This document shows positions 62,701-64,000 of a stretch of 64,000 bases of DNA, piece after piece. Location of the stretch: the NCBI RefSeq assembly GCF_000143415.4, contig NW_003314317.1:186001-250000 (forward strand), read 5' to 3'. Numbering within the stretch: the first letter of the stretch is position 1; every line of letters begins with the position of its first letter. The position numbers and the translations under genes are program-made. Source of the DNA: Selaginella moellendorffii. Lineage: Eukaryota > Plantae > Lycopodiophyta. The notes beneath the pieces are model-generated. The model saw nothing but the letters and a program-made list of their open reading frames with translations, made no database searches and was not told the DNA's origin.

Positions 62701-63914
62701 CTGGGTTCAAGTCCCGACCCCATACTAGGGCGTGGTGAGGTGAGGAGTATAGGGACACCTATATTCCGTTGTCATGGGCTCTTGGTCGGGGAGGCTAACT
62801 TAGGCACACCGCTAAGTGGGGGGATGCCCCCGGAGACATCGTCAACAAGTCGTAGGATAAAATGAGACGTTCGATGTGGGCATCGAACTTCTTCTATGGG
62901 TGGTGGAGTTGTAAGGAACCAACTCGCCGAGGTGTTGTAGGCTGAAGGAACCTCGAAAGCATGACCAAAATGACAAAGAGTTCATCGGATGGGACTAAGT
63001 CGAGGATCGAGTCCAAGACCGACTCTAGGACCGAGTTCGAGATAGAGTCCGGAATCGAGTCCGAGACCGACTCGGGGACCGAGTTCGAGTCTGAGTTCGA
63101 GACCGAGTTCGAGACGGAGTCCGAGATCCAAAATCGGGTCCGAGACCGAGTCCGAGGTCGAGTCCGAGGTTGGGTCCAAGATCGGGTCCGAGATCGAGTC
63201 CGAGACCGAATCCGAAGTCGGATTTGAAATCGGGTCCGAGATCGAGCCAGAGACTAAGTCCAAAGCGTTGAGGTTGAGATTGGGACCGAGGGGCCTTGGG
63301 TGGGAGTGAGTATGGACTTAGTTGGTGCCGAAAGGGCCATCCAAGGAAGTGCTCAAGAGCAGCTCCCACTCCCGAAAGGGAAACCGATTGCAGTGCTCCC
63401 GGCTCATGTGGAGTGGTGCCCCACTTGAGTACCATGCGGCTCATTGGTCCTCGCCCTTTCTAGGGGCTTGGACCTTCCCTTCGGGATGGAAGTGGGGGGG
63501 TAGAGGTACCCATACCGGGCCGCTAGGCCACGGTGTTTCGCCCCGGCGTCCCGAAGCAAGTGTTGCACTCAAGACTTGGGATTTAGAGGGTCCCATGATC
63601 AAGTCTTGTGGTACCAAGGGATGTTAGGAACCTAGAAGCTTGGTGTGCTTGGCTGCTTGTGCTTACGGGGAGTGTAGCCGAACCTTAAGTCCAGTCTAAC
63701 CCGGGGAGGGGGATTGGGAGAGATTGGGAATTCGTGGATGGATGGCTAACGCTCCGTTGCTCGTGCAGTGAGTAGCTGAAAGCAAGTAGGACCAAGTAAG
63801 AGTTGGTACCATAGGCGAAAACCTTGGCGAGGGAACTTAACAAAAGCCAAGGCAGTGTCAGACAGATAGACGAGGTAAACTAGCAAATTGGAAAGGAAAA
63901 ATTTGTGGCTTACA
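56740..63914 (+). mobile_element. Chromovirus Ty3/Gypsy copy D (least decayed; 5' LTR truncated at its 5' end)
   Basis: 5' LTR remnant ~56740-57674; PBS TGGTATCGGAGCC; 3' LTR 62910-63914 with an internal deletion near 63265; PPT. Confidence 0.93.
57734..62506 (+). pseudogene. gag-pol: Single-frame gag-pol polyprotein of copy D (gag, CCHC, protease, RT, RNaseH, integrase, chromodomain) with premature stops
   Basis: 1152-aa ORF to the stop at 61190-61192, continuing in frame; introns 61608-61654 and 62073-62124; further stops at 61699 and 61996. Confidence 0.92.
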
Positions 63915-64000
63915 TCAAGCTCAATATCATGGGGGCTCCTAACACTAGCAAGTGCAAGCTAATGACAAGAGTTTCTCAAACTAGGTCCAGTCTCTTCATC

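Overview
Eukaryotic land-plant nuclear DNA. Dense genes with ~50-70 nt GT-AG introns and plant-specific families suggest a compact genome such as the lycophyte Selaginella (inference). Bases 1-18.7 kb hold six host genes: CIP7-like, CKI1/AHK-like hybrid histidine kinase, TOM1-like, PP2C, DUF936/CORD-like and a divergent PP1-like phosphatase. Bases 18.7-64 kb are a nested transposon stack. An old minus-strand LTR element is interrupted by chromovirus (Ty3/Gypsy) copy A. Copy A contains a hAT MITE and chromovirus copy B. Copy B contains a 13.2-kb DNA transposon with perfect 24-bp TIRs and a 4-bp TSD. A third chromovirus copy (D) lies at the right end. Two systems stand out. (1) The 13.2-kb Sola-like element encodes a chimeric DDD transposase and, divergently, a predicted ~1,600-aa multi-exon protein (ParB-like N-domain, degenerate N4/N6 DNA-methyltransferase-like domain, FCP1/NIF HAD-like domain). 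It carries more than 20 copies of one 24-bp palindrome, reminiscent of ParB/parS. (2) The chromovirus family has two conserved spliceosomal introns inside integrase, plus a candidate intron that would excise the primer-binding site. Domain calls come from motif recognition by eye, not from database searches.
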